A stretch of DNA of 53,235 nt from a virus (IMGVR_UViG_3300008448_013349:1-53235); one strand, 5' to 3'; shown: positions 18,795 to 27,973, counted from the stretch's first letter. Translations and numbers: made by a program. The notes: generated from the letters alone by a model not told the origin.

Positions 18795-20648
18795 TTATTT
18801 TTCTTCATCATAAACTAATATGCCATTAGCATAGAAGTTTTTATTATCTTCAATAAATAAAGTGTATGTTTGAACATCGTTTAACTCTTCGTTAATTGAT
18901 GTTACCTCAACACCTGAGTTATTTTCATCTACACATGTTGTACCAATTGAAAGTTGTGTAACGTCACCTTTATACCATTGCATCGTTTTTTCTGGTAAAT
19001 AAGATGTTAGGCTACCTTCGATGGTATAGTACGGGTGGTCAAATGTATTTTTATTTGTTACACCATTACTAAACCCAACTTCAACAATATCATTATGTAT
19101 TGGCGAAACTACTTGTAAAACTTTTTTAAGTTCTTTAGTTTGTGTTTCAAAATTAAACGACCATACCATGTCACCGACTTTTATGTCTTTGATTAGGACA
19201 TCGCCGTTTTCTGTTGCGACCTTAGTATCTTCAGTAAAACAACAGAAACCAGACCAAGTACATTTGTTGTGTAATAATATGTCACCAACAGTATTTCGGC
19301 TTATTTCGTTTGTTGAGGTTCCAGCAACAAAAACGTCAGCTGGTTCTATATCTAATATTACAACACTACCTGAATACCAAACATTTTCTTTTTTTGTAAC
19401 GGGCAACATTAAATTTTGTGTGGTAATTACCGAGTCGTTTAATGTTGTTTCGTAGGCCGTCTCAAAAGTTATACTACCACTTACTGAACTACTAATAAGT
19501 AAAACTTCAGCACTACCCAATAAGGATGATCCGCTAACTTCATTATTACCATATTCAAGATTAGTTAACCAACCTTGGTAAGGTGTTTTAGTAATGAAAC
19601 GAACGGAAGCCGTTTCGTATGAAATGATATCGCTTAAGCTACCTGTTGCTGACCATTCCAATGTACTCTCCATGGTTGCGTCTACACTTAAATTAGATAA
19701 TCTAGCCGATTTGATTATGTCTCCAGCAACTAGATTCTCTATTGTTGTTGTTTCTTCATTACCTTCACTAACTTTAATAACCTCATAGAAACCAGGAACC
19801 CCCATACCTAATAAATTAGGATTTGAAAAATACATAGCTTTCCACATATTATCTAATTTATTACCAGTATAAGTAATTTTTGATGTGTCTAATGGTAATT
19901 GGTTATTTGTTATTGTTACACCTAGTGGAATAATAGTTTCTACATCTGAAAGTAGAACAATTGTCATTCTAATTACATCACTAATTTGCCCATCAGAGCT
20001 AAGATTATTATTGATCTGATATTCCTGTAACATAACACTGTCTGAGGTGCCTGTTTTTAAATCTGTGAGTTCCTCAGATGTCTGAATATTATAAAAAGCA
20101 GGGAAGTTTAACTTATCGAAATCTGGAAGTATTTTCTTAGCGATAACGTTAGGAGATGGGGCATTACTAATTGGGGTTGTTAAATTATCTAAAATCGATC
20201 CATCCTCACTATATTTTACATATGTTTTAGGTAAAATTGATTGATTACCTGAGTCAAACAATAACTTAACAACTTCAGACTTATCTCTACAATACGTGTC
20301 ATCGATAATCGCAGTAACATCATATGCACATCTTAAATAAAATGCATTTGGTTCTTCGGTGATAGATGGTACTGTAACACTGTTATTCAATATTACAATA
20401 GTTTGTAGTGTGATAGACTTTTCATTACATTTTTCTTGAAATAGATTGATTACATCTTGAGAAATATGCTTTCTTTTATAAATTATAACCAATTTATTGT
20501 ACGAATTTGTCTCCAAAAATGTAAATAATGGGCCCAAATCCAAGTAAGGGATGTCTGGTAAAAATAAGTCAGCATCCGTGTTTATTTCTAGCAATTTATA
20601 CCCATTTTCCAGTTTAAGTATGTCTGCACCAATTAGTACACTTTTCAT
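18795..20648 (-). CDS. Circularly permuted ATP-grasp-like domain fused to two tandem Hint (intein-like) domains
   Basis: GADIL...KLLEINTD, LPKTY, VIAKK, MLQEY; Hint1 IENLVAGDIIKS...LDIEPADVFVAG...ILLHN; Hint2 CFTEDTKV...IKDIKVGD...TFDHPY...NFYANGILVYD. Confidence 0.75.
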   Translation of the reverse strand: MKSVLIGADILKLENGYKLLEINTDADLFLPDIPYLDLGPLFTFLETNSYNKLVIIYKRKHISQDVINLFQEKCNEKSITLQTIVILNNSVTVPSITEEPNAFYLRCAYDVTAIIDDTYCRDKSEVVKLLFDSGNQSILPKTYVKYSEDGSILDNLTTPISNAPSPNVIAKKILPDFDKLNFPAFYNIQTSEELTDLKTGTSDSVMLQEYQINNNLSSDGQISDVIRMTIVLLSDVETIIPLGVTITNNQLPLDTSKITYTGNKLDNMWKAMYFSNPNLLGMGVPGFYEVIKVSEGNEETTTIENLVAGDIIKSARLSNLSVDATMESTLEWSATGSLSDIISYETASVRFITKTPYQGWLTNLEYGNNEVSGSSLLGSAEVLLISSSVSGSITFETAYETTLNDSVITTQNLMLPVTKKENVWYSGSVVILDIEPADVFVAGTSTNEISRNTVGDILLHNKCTWSGFCCFTEDTKVATENGDVLIKDIKVGDMVWSFNFETQTKELKKVLQVVSPIHNDIVEVGFSNGVTNKNTFDHPYYTIEGSLTSYLPEKTMQWYKGDVTQLSIGTTCVDENNSGVEVTSINEELNDVQTYTLFIEDNKNFYANGILVYDEEK

Positions 20649-20659
20649 ATGTTTTTTAA

Positions 20660-21232
20660 TTAAATTATATTCTTTTTATCTGTTTTTTTATATATAAATA
20701 CCTCAAGTTTCTCTTTAGAATCTTGCCCATCATTATAAAATAACATAAATCTGTCCCCAAATTCTTTTTTATAACCCACCATGTTGCTATAAGAAAGATA
20801 CCAGCTATCAATAGTTATGTTATGCGGGTAAGTACGTTCTCTAACCTCAATCCGATCTAAACAAGTTTCTAGATCTGCGTATACCATAATCATAAAAGTC
20901 TGATATCCTCTTTTTTCTAAAAAAGACCTCTGATAAAATATGATCTCCGGGTCCCTCCCAATTGAATCGATTACAATATTATCCTCATTTTCCACAGAAC
21001 TATTGAACTTTTGATCATTAATACCTTTTGATTTTTCAAACAATTCTAATGCTTTTTTACTGTTTTCCGGAGAAAAGTCTTTAATTTTTAGATTAAGGCC
21101 GCACTTTATTAGCTCTTGTTCATATATTAAATCAATATCAATAATTGTGTAGTTTGGAAAATACGTTTTTGCTAAGGTGCTTTTCCCGCTACCCCCACTT
21201 CCACATATGAAATAAGCTTTTTTAGTTTTCAT
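20660..21232 (-). CDS. P-loop kinase (zeta toxin/AAA_33-like)
   Basis: GSGGSGKST Walker A, IVIDS, VYADLETCLDRIEVRER lid. Confidence 0.75.
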   Translation of the reverse strand: MKTKKAYFICGSGGSGKSTLAKTYFPNYTIIDIDLIYEQELIKCGLNLKIKDFSPENSKKALELFEKSKGINDQKFNSSVENEDNIVIDSIGRDPEIIFYQRSFLEKRGYQTFMIMVYADLETCLDRIEVRERTYPHNITIDSWYLSYSNMVGYKKEFGDRFMLFYNDGQDSKEKLEVFIYKKTDKKNII

Positions 21233-21680
21233 TTAAGTAGGATTTTATTAGGGTAATGTCTTCGAGGTGTTTGTCCGGGTTATCCCCATGCTTCATTATA
21301 ATCTCTTTATCAAGCAGGTGAAATTTTGGTGCTAAAATTCTTATATTGTCTTTTAAAACATAGATATTGCTACCATAATTAACAAATAAATGAAATTCGT
21401 TTAATTTGGTCTTTTTGTCAAAACAAGTGTAAACATCATATTCTAGCTCACCGTGTCTAATTTGAATTCCTGGATAAATGCGAAAAGATTTTTCTAATTG
21501 ATTTTTATATGTTAACCAATCGAGATGTAAAATATTGACATCTAAATCATTAACATCTCTTTCTATTATATTTTGCATTTTTAACCCCAAGGACCCACTT
21601 AATATGATTTTACCTTCAGTTATATTGTATAACTGATTAAAAATTTCATTATAAGAGCTTGTTGTTATGTTTTCTATCAC
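21222..21680 (-). CDS. Pol-beta superfamily nucleotidyltransferase-like protein
   Basis: ILSGSLGL...RDVNDLDV (GS + DxD). Confidence 0.55.
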   Translation of the reverse strand: MIENITTSSYNEIFNQLYNITEGKIILSGSLGLKMQNIIERDVNDLDVNILHLDWLTYKNQLEKSFRIYPGIQIRHGELEYDVYTCFDKKTKLNEFHLFVNYGSNIYVLKDNIRILAPKFHLLDKEIIMKHGDNPDKHLEDITLIKSYLNEN

Positions 21681-22170
21681 CTTTTCTTAATGTATTATTA
21701 TTATAACCAAAAATATCTTCATAATACATGATTTTCTGGTCTAATCTTGAGGCGATTACTTTTAATTTATTCTCCCACCTTAAAATTTGATCATAAGATT
21801 CATCATAGTTTGGTGTTTTTTCCCAAAAATATTCAGTCTCAAAATCGAACCCGGGGGTTTCGTTTCTTTTATAATTTAAAAACGCCCAGCTTTCAATACA
21901 TGCATTTATATTTTTTCTGCTTAATAAATAAGTTTTATCAAATTGGCTACTGAAATTTACATACCAATCAACATCAAATTCATCATTAATCAACGTTTTA
22001 ACTATTACATTATCTTTGGTGTAATCTGTGTCAAAATTTTTTAGTTTATTGAATTTAGATGCCATTGGGGCAAATGGTTCGAAAACAAAAGATAATAACT
22101 GTTCTTCAGCTAACTTTTTAGAAAAAGAAGTTGACCCTGTTCTTGGTAATGATAAAACCAGAATTCGCAT
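21649..22170 (-). CDS. Sulfotransferase-like P-loop protein
   Basis: LSLPRTGSTSF, FEPF, LLSRKN, YYEDIF. Confidence 0.65.
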   Translation of the reverse strand: MRILVLSLPRTGSTSFSKKLAEEQLLSFVFEPFAPMASKFNKLKNFDTDYTKDNVIVKTLINDEFDVDWYVNFSSQFDKTYLLSRKNINACIESWAFLNYKRNETPGFDFETEYFWEKTPNYDESYDQILRWENKLKVIASRLDQKIMYYEDIFGYNNNTLRKGDRKHNNKLL

Positions 22171-23393
22171 TAAACTAAATTTTTTGTATATATACCCGAT
22201 TTTCCTTTGTGAATCGTCTGCCAGCTTCCCCAGTTAAAATTAGAAAAGTTTAGATCGTGTGCTAACATTTCTTTTACCTTTAAATTATGTGTTGGGAAAT
22301 TAAAGGCACCTTGTTCATTATAAAGCTTTGCTAATTTATCTGGTAGAGGGGTGTTTTTATAGTCTACCCAAAATTTAGTATCTAATCGATCACATGTATA
22401 ATGGTGTCTAACAAACAACATATTTTGTTCATTGTAATTAAACATTCTTTCGTTGTATAGATCTCTATATTTTTCATCGAAGTTATAATCTAACAACCCC
22501 TTTAAAAACATTATACTTGTCATCATAGATGTCGCTTCCATTGGCTCTAGAAAAGACGACGCTAACCCAACAGCAACACAGTTTTTAACCCAAAACTTTT
22601 TATATGTTCCACTTTTAAATTTAAACTCTTTTACTATGTCAAGTTTTCTACCAAAATATTCCTCCGCTTCGGATAGGACTTCTTCTGTTGTTGTATGTTT
22701 GTCTGAGAATACATAACCAGATCCCCATCTATGTTTTAATGGTGCACCCCATACCCAACCATTTTTCATTGATATTCCCTTAGTCCATGTTTTGGTCTTT
22801 TGAATATCAGGGTTATCTTGTGGTAAGAAAAAAGCAATTGCTGAATTACAAAGTAATTGATCAGCATAAGACACCCATTCAGTTTTAAAATGTTTACCGA
22901 TAACTAATTCTTGAAACCCACTGCAATCAAATACAAAGTCGCATTTAACTATTTCACCATTGTCCAGAATTATTTCATTAATACCATTTTCATTCTCATT
23001 AAACCCTTTGATGATAGCGTCTATGCGTTTTATATTTTTATCTTTTGAAAATTCTTCTAAATATTTTGCCACTAATCTGGCATCAAAATGATATGCATAA
23101 ACCAACTCATTATTTTGAAAGTTATGCTTAAATGATTTCCCATCTCCTCTCCAATTGACAAAATCAATACCATACTTTTTTGTGCATCCGGTTTTCTCCA
23201 TAAAGTCCTCTTCATTTATGTTTAACCTTGATAGAATTGTGGGGAAATTTGGTGTTGTTCCTTCTCCGGCGCCTAATATATCTATTTTTGAACTGGCTAT
23301 TAATGTCACATCGATATTAGCCCAAAATTTTTGAGCAAATAATGCTGTTAGCCAACCAACAGTTCCTCCACCTATTACAACAACTTTTTTCAT
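22170..23393 (-). CDS. Flavin-dependent tryptophan halogenase family protein
   Basis: GGGTVG, GAGEGT, TKKYGIDFVNW (catalytic Lys region), AYHFDA, FDCSGF, GWVWGAP, FLEPMEAT. Confidence 0.9.
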   Translation of the reverse strand: MKKVVVIGGGTVGWLTALFAQKFWANIDVTLIASSKIDILGAGEGTTPNFPTILSRLNINEEDFMEKTGCTKKYGIDFVNWRGDGKSFKHNFQNNELVYAYHFDARLVAKYLEEFSKDKNIKRIDAIIKGFNENENGINEIILDNGEIVKCDFVFDCSGFQELVIGKHFKTEWVSYADQLLCNSAIAFFLPQDNPDIQKTKTWTKGISMKNGWVWGAPLKHRWGSGYVFSDKHTTTEEVLSEAEEYFGRKLDIVKEFKFKSGTYKKFWVKNCVAVGLASSFLEPMEATSMMTSIMFLKGLLDYNFDEKYRDLYNERMFNYNEQNMLFVRHHYTCDRLDTKFWVDYKNTPLPDKLAKLYNEQGAFNFPTHNLKVKEMLAHDLNFSNFNWGSWQTIHKGKSGIYTKNLV

Positions 23394-23920
23394 ATTAACG
23401 AACTAGTATTTTTAATCTTCAGTTTACAAAAAAATGTAAACGTTAACCTTCCATTATTAATGTCACTACCAAAAGATTCTTTCAATGAGTGCCACTCATT
23501 TGAGGGGTAGATGACTAGTCTATTATAAATATTTTCAAGATAATGAATTTCAACCCCCCTGTCATTATAAAAAGAGGTCCCCGATTTAGGTGGTGCCCCT
23601 GGACTTAGATAAAGAACCCCAGCGTAATCTGATTTCTCATCTTTATGGATCATATTTTCATTTCCACCATCCTCACTTAACGTGTAGTGAAAATAATATT
23701 TAAAATCTGAATGGGTAAATTTGGGATCTAAAGTTAATAATCTTTGTTTAATTTTATCCCCTAAATTAGACGCTAATTCGTTCTCTTCTAAACATCTATA
23801 ACCCTTCCACCCCTTACTATCAATTGGCGATTTTGTGTATGATAACAACAACGCCTCTTTTCTAACGTGGTCAACATTATCTAAAAAATCATCAATAATT
23901 ATGAGGTCGTTTTTATTCAT
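23390..23920 (-). CDS. 2OG-Fe(II) oxygenase (DUF6445-like)
   Basis: IIIDDFL, IHKD, AGVLYL, GTSFY, YNRLVIY, WHS, RLT. Confidence 0.75.
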   Translation of the reverse strand: MNKNDLIIIDDFLDNVDHVRKEALLLSYTKSPIDSKGWKGYRCLEENELASNLGDKIKQRLLTLDPKFTHSDFKYYFHYTLSEDGGNENMIHKDEKSDYAGVLYLSPGAPPKSGTSFYNDRGVEIHYLENIYNRLVIYPSNEWHSLKESFGSDINNGRLTFTFFCKLKIKNTSSLI

Positions 23921-24131
23921 TCGTGTCTTTTTTCAACCCAAATTTTATCCATTTATACCAAACTCTTTCATGTAAAAAGTAGATAAGTGGTTTAATACAT
24001 AATTCAACCATACCCATTGATGATGCTATCACAAAATTACCAGTAAAAATATAACCAATAATTGTTGTTTGCAAAGTGCCAACAAGTCTGTACGAAAATG
24101 CTTTTGCTATGTGTCTTTTAACTTGTACCAT
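23913..24131 (-). CDS. DUF2061 small membrane protein
   Basis: RHIAKAFSYR...YFLHERVW...FG. Confidence 0.8.
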   Translation of the reverse strand: MVQVKRHIAKAFSYRLVGTLQTTIIGYIFTGNFVIASSMGMVELCIKPLIYFLHERVWYKWIKFGLKKDTNE

Positions 24132-24754
24132 TATAATAATTTTGTTTTAATTTCAGATAATCTAACCTTTTTTTCGTCTGAAAATACCCACTCTTCAACT
24201 AATTGAGTGTTCATGTTTATTTTTAAGTAATCAAATATTTCTTTTATTGTTTCAATATTTTTATTGACAAAAATATCTTCATAATAATATATTTTTTTAT
24301 TATGATTTTTAGAATAATCAGTTAATGTTTTTTTACTATACGTTACCCGTTCGTCCCATTCATTAATTACGTCTTCCGGTACAGTCGATAATTTATAAAC
24401 TTGTTTGGTGTGCCAAAATTTATTATTACTATGTGTTAGGTATGCAAAACTTTCAATTTGTGATTTTTTATCTATTCTATCTAATAAGATTATTTTATCA
24501 AAAAAACTAAAAATCCACTCTTCAATGAAATCGTCTGTCTTGTCTAATGGTTTTTGATTTGTAATAGTTTTAATTAAAACATCTTTATGCTTCGATATAA
24601 ATTCTAATTGATTTGAATCAATTTCATTAACCCTATTTATTTTTTCGTTAAATGGTTCGGTAATTGTATAGTAATCTTTAGTAAGATGGGTTTTAATTAA
24701 ATTATATAGTGATGTTGAGCCAGCTCTACCAGTTGAAACAATACATATTTTCAT
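24131..24754 (-). CDS. Sulfotransferase-like P-loop protein
   Basis: IVSTGRAGSTSL, TEPFN, ILLDR, YYEDIF; paralog of 21649-22170. Confidence 0.65.
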   Translation of the reverse strand: MKICIVSTGRAGSTSLYNLIKTHLTKDYYTITEPFNEKINRVNEIDSNQLEFISKHKDVLIKTITNQKPLDKTDDFIEEWIFSFFDKIILLDRIDKKSQIESFAYLTHSNNKFWHTKQVYKLSTVPEDVINEWDERVTYSKKTLTDYSKNHNKKIYYYEDIFVNKNIETIKEIFDYLKINMNTQLVEEWVFSDEKKVRLSEIKTKLL

Positions 24755-24758
24755 TTTT

Positions 24759-25121
24759 TTATTCTTTTAAAGTCCCGTCTGGGTTCATTTCTCCGGATCT
24801 AATCGCTGTCCCGCTTATCTTAGAAATATCAGATGGGGGCTCATGATAAATAACCTCATAACCAACACCTCTACCATAGTTTACCGATTCAATATCAGGA
24901 ATAATAGATAAAAGAATCTTATCAAAATTATTTATAAAGAATGGTTCATTTGATAATTCTTTAAGGATTTGCTGTGCAGCCTTAGGGTTGTTTTCATCTT
25001 GCTGAACATCTCGTATTGCTACCCAAACATTTTTACCTTTATCTAATTGTTGGCGAATAAGCCATTCATGGCCAGCATGCCAATTTTGCCATCTTCCGAT
25101 GTACATTGCATATTTCTTCAT
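24759..25121 (-). CDS. Minimal HIGH-superfamily nucleotidyltransferase (cytidylyltransferase-like)
   Basis: IGRWQNWHAGH and ISGTAIR motifs. Confidence 0.75.
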   Translation of the reverse strand: MKKYAMYIGRWQNWHAGHEWLIRQQLDKGKNVWVAIRDVQQDENNPKAAQQILKELSNEPFFINNFDKILLSIIPDIESVNYGRGVGYEVIYHEPPSDISKISGTAIRSGEMNPDGTLKE

Positions 25122-25552
25122 AAGAAAAGCGTATTAAGTAATTTATTAGTGGATTCTTCTATTGATTGATCTGTTGTATTCATATCAAGATACCTTTCTG
25201 TTGGCGGCTCATAGTCATCAACAGCAAAATGTTCTCTACCTCTTGTTTCAGTGGTATGAACATATATTTCTACAACAGAGTTCTCTGATTTAAATTTATC
25301 TCTCTGGTCTTTATATGGTGAAACTAAAGATACAATTACCGAATATCCTTTGGTGTTCAAGAACTTAGCAATATCTTGTGCTCTTTCGATATTCTTTCTG
25401 CGCCCAGCCTCTGAATAATCTTTATTTTTAAACACATCTCTTAGGTGGTCACCATCTATATGTACTGTTGTTGCAGCTGGGAGATGTTTCATTAATTCAA
25501 ATGCCAGCGTTGTTTTACCCGATCCGGGTTGTCCTGTAAACCAATATATCAT
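25118..25552 (-). CDS. cysC: Adenylyl-sulfate (APS) kinase
   Basis: IYWFTGQPGSGKTTLA, IDGDHLR, YSEAGRRKNIER, LVSPY, YEPP. Confidence 0.9.
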   Translation of the reverse strand: MIYWFTGQPGSGKTTLAFELMKHLPAATTVHIDGDHLRDVFKNKDYSEAGRRKNIERAQDIAKFLNTKGYSVIVSLVSPYKDQRDKFKSENSVVEIYVHTTETRGREHFAVDDYEPPTERYLDMNTTDQSIEESTNKLLNTLFL

Positions 25553-25558
25553 AGTATT

Positions 25559-25587
25559 AATATACTAAATTTTATTAGAAAAGTCAA
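25559..25587 (-). promoter_or_regulatory. Sigma70-like promoter TTGACT-N17-TATATT
   Basis: Intergenic; -10 hexamer ends 6 nt before the cysC ATG. Confidence 0.7.
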
Positions 25588-25590
25588 ATT

Positions 25591-26334
25591 TTATATCAGC
25601 TTTACGGGAGTTTGTTTCGGCCCGCCGTCTTGCATATTAAAATTTATTACGCATCTATGTGACTTACCATAAAATGGCTTAACAGAATGTACAATATCAT
25701 ATGGCCATATTATCAACATACCTTTTTTAGGTCTAATAAAATGTGACATACCTCTTAGGTGAAATGTAAATACACCGCTATACGGATGATCAGATAATGG
25801 TTCACCATCTGATAGATAATAACCACCCACAAAATTTAAGCGCGTTTCTTCCTCTGGAGACCATCTACAATGATTATGTTGATTGTGACCTCTACCTTCA
25901 GTTGGTGAGTAGAATTGTATCCAGCTTTCCGTTATTGATGGGTTCTCGTTATTTTTTAGGTATAAACCGTTTAATAACTCAACAAACCCCTCCTCGCATC
26001 TTTTCCGTATTGTTTTAACACATTCTTCTGTTCTATTTAAAAAGTCATTTGGTGGTACTGAAAATCTACTACCGATTGGGTTATATTCGGTAGGTTCAAC
26101 CCATTTGTCTCTTCTGTCATAGTTTATTGTGTATGTCGATTGTCTGATGTGATCATATTGTTCTGGTAACTCTTGTCCCATCAATTTTTGATTTTCATTT
26201 AATTGATTAAACCCTAAATCATAAACCTCATCATGTAAATCATGATCATCATACTGTTTCATGAAAACAGGTACTGGTGCGAGATAAAATAAATTTTCTT
26301 TATTTGATGGGATTAATGGATCGTGAAAATACAT
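25591..26334 (-). CDS. Putative 2OG-Fe(II) oxygenase (TIGR02466-like)
   Basis: ESWIQ, HNQHNH, GGYYL, PKKGMLIIWP..IVHSVKP, RCVINFN. Confidence 0.75.
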   Translation of the reverse strand: MYFHDPLIPSNKENLFYLAPVPVFMKQYDDHDLHDEVYDLGFNQLNENQKLMGQELPEQYDHIRQSTYTINYDRRDKWVEPTEYNPIGSRFSVPPNDFLNRTEECVKTIRKRCEEGFVELLNGLYLKNNENPSITESWIQFYSPTEGRGHNQHNHCRWSPEEETRLNFVGGYYLSDGEPLSDHPYSGVFTFHLRGMSHFIRPKKGMLIIWPYDIVHSVKPFYGKSHRCVINFNMQDGGPKQTPVKLI

Positions 26335-26346
26335 AATAGAATATAC

Positions 26347-27282
26347 TTAAATTAGTTTATTTTTTAAAGGTTTTAATGTTTCCAATTCCACCTTTAATTG
26401 ACTAGTTCTCATTTTTCTAAATTCTTCATTTGTTTTAAATGCGTGTTTACCGAACCAGACGTGTTCATATTCTAAATTTTCAACATGGTTGATTCTATTG
26501 GGGTCTAATACCCAAAATAACCCTTTACCAACTTCTGGTTTTTCTACAGGTAATTCGGGATATGATAAGTACAGTCTGTTTTCTATGGTTTCAACTTTTG
26601 AATTGAACTTTCTCAATGTATATCCTAATATCCCTTGATCAGCAATTAACCACAACCATTCTGGTATGTAATCATATTCTCTATTGATTATGTCTAGATG
26701 TTTTTTCAAATACTCATCTCTTATCTTGATGTCATTCATAAAGATAAATGATGTGTTTGGTATCATCATATTTTGTTGAAAGTCATCAATACCACCTATC
26801 TCATCAATTTTTTGTTTAAAAACAAAAAACTCTCCTCTTTGTATTTCCCATTGAGTGTGGACTAAATCATAGTCCCAGATCCATTTTGGTAATTCACTTC
26901 TAACAATAAAATCTAAATCTAAAAATAGGTATGGTATTGGCTCCTGACCCATAACTATTGATTTACCTGTTGTCCAAAATCTACCTGATTTAATATTTGG
27001 GTGATTTTTATTAAAGTTTTCTAGCACATCAGTATCAATTTCATCCCACAAGTCTAACATGTTCTTTTTCTTGTAAAAATTATAACCAACTAAATCTGTA
27101 TATAATTTAGTTTTACCAATGTGTTTTTTGGCTCTTCTGACCGCTATTTCTTGAATAAGTAATTCGTAATCAACAATATCATATTCATCATCAGGTAAAT
27201 CAAACATTTTTAATTTGTTATACCCTTGAGCATCTTGTTTATAGAAAAAAGGTTTTGTCCAATTAACAAATATTACTTTCAT
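26347..27282 (-). CDS. GT-A-like putative sugar transferase (DUF6734-like)
   Basis: KLYTD, FWTTGK, PYLFLDLDF (DxD), PNTS, ADQGIL. Confidence 0.55.
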   Translation of the reverse strand: MKVIFVNWTKPFFYKQDAQGYNKLKMFDLPDDEYDIVDYELLIQEIAVRRAKKHIGKTKLYTDLVGYNFYKKKNMLDLWDEIDTDVLENFNKNHPNIKSGRFWTTGKSIVMGQEPIPYLFLDLDFIVRSELPKWIWDYDLVHTQWEIQRGEFFVFKQKIDEIGGIDDFQQNMMIPNTSFIFMNDIKIRDEYLKKHLDIINREYDYIPEWLWLIADQGILGYTLRKFNSKVETIENRLYLSYPELPVEKPEVGKGLFWVLDPNRINHVENLEYEHVWFGKHAFKTNEEFRKMRTSQLKVELETLKPLKNKLI

Positions 27283-27851
27283 ATAATGTTTAATAATTTA
27301 AGAACGTATGATAACGCAAGTCCTTCAGCATTATCATACCCAGGATAATTTTGCTGTCTTAATGACATATTTCGAAATATGGGTTGTATGTCTTTCAATT
27401 TTTTAATTATTAATTTTGAATCAATTTCTTTGCTAAAAAATAATTCGGTTTCTCTTATAACTGGTAGAGATTTATAGTCCACATTTTTTTCTTCCCAATA
27501 ATTTATAATCGGCTCAAAAAAATTATATTGAAGGTAGTTTTCAAATATATCTCCATAGGGCCAATGTGATTTATAGTAAAATAATTGATTTTTTGGGAAA
27601 CTTAAATCCACTTCATTTATCTTGGTTACATCGAGATAGAATACATCTTCTTTAAATTTATCGACCAAATCTAAACTAAAGTATAATTTATCGAAATATG
27701 AAAATTTTTCGTTTTCATATTTTTGACAATAAAAAACATCGTCTCTAACTAAATCACTTAGTAAGGATATTTTGTGTGACTTAAACGATTCTATTGCAAA
27801 ATCTAACTTGTTTGTGTATTCTTCGCCGACTGCGACCAATGAAATGATCAT
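27279..27851 (-). CDS. Hypothetical GT-A-like protein, paralog of 49160-49903
   Basis: Shares GEEY, SYxDK and AEGLALS/GEGISMQ blocks with 49160-49903. Confidence 0.45.
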   Translation of the reverse strand: MIISLVAVGEEYTNKLDFAIESFKSHKISLLSDLVRDDVFYCQKYENEKFSYFDKLYFSLDLVDKFKEDVFYLDVTKINEVDLSFPKNQLFYYKSHWPYGDIFENYLQYNFFEPIINYWEEKNVDYKSLPVIRETELFFSKEIDSKLIIKKLKDIQPIFRNMSLRQQNYPGYDNAEGLALSYVLKLLNII

Positions 27852-27853
27852 GT

Positions 27854-27970
27854 TTAATGTTTATAAATAAACGGATCTCTTTTCTGAAGCTCTTTCAATT
27901 TTTTATTGAAACGTCTTTTTTGTTTAAACTCAAATATTTTTTGAGTGATCCACTTAATTATCTTTTTCAT
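27854..27970 (-). CDS. Small basic protein, 38 aa (MKKIIKWITQKIFEFKQKRRFNKKLKELQKRDPFIYKH)
   Basis: Read manually; fills the gap right after the carbamoyltransferase gene. Confidence 0.65.
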   Translation of the reverse strand: MKKIIKWITQKIFEFKQKRRFNKKLKELQKRDPFIYKH

Positions 27971-27973
27971 ATT

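Noticed and set aside
18795-19802. Conventional mobile intein
   Set aside because: There is no homing endonuclease, neither Hint domain has both splice-junction residue sets, and Hint2 has essentially no C-extein.
20660-21680. Zeta/epsilon or MNT-HEPN toxin-antitoxin pair
   Set aside because: No antitoxin or HEPN motif is evident, and both genes sit inside the enzyme run; a tailoring role is more parsimonious, though not proven.
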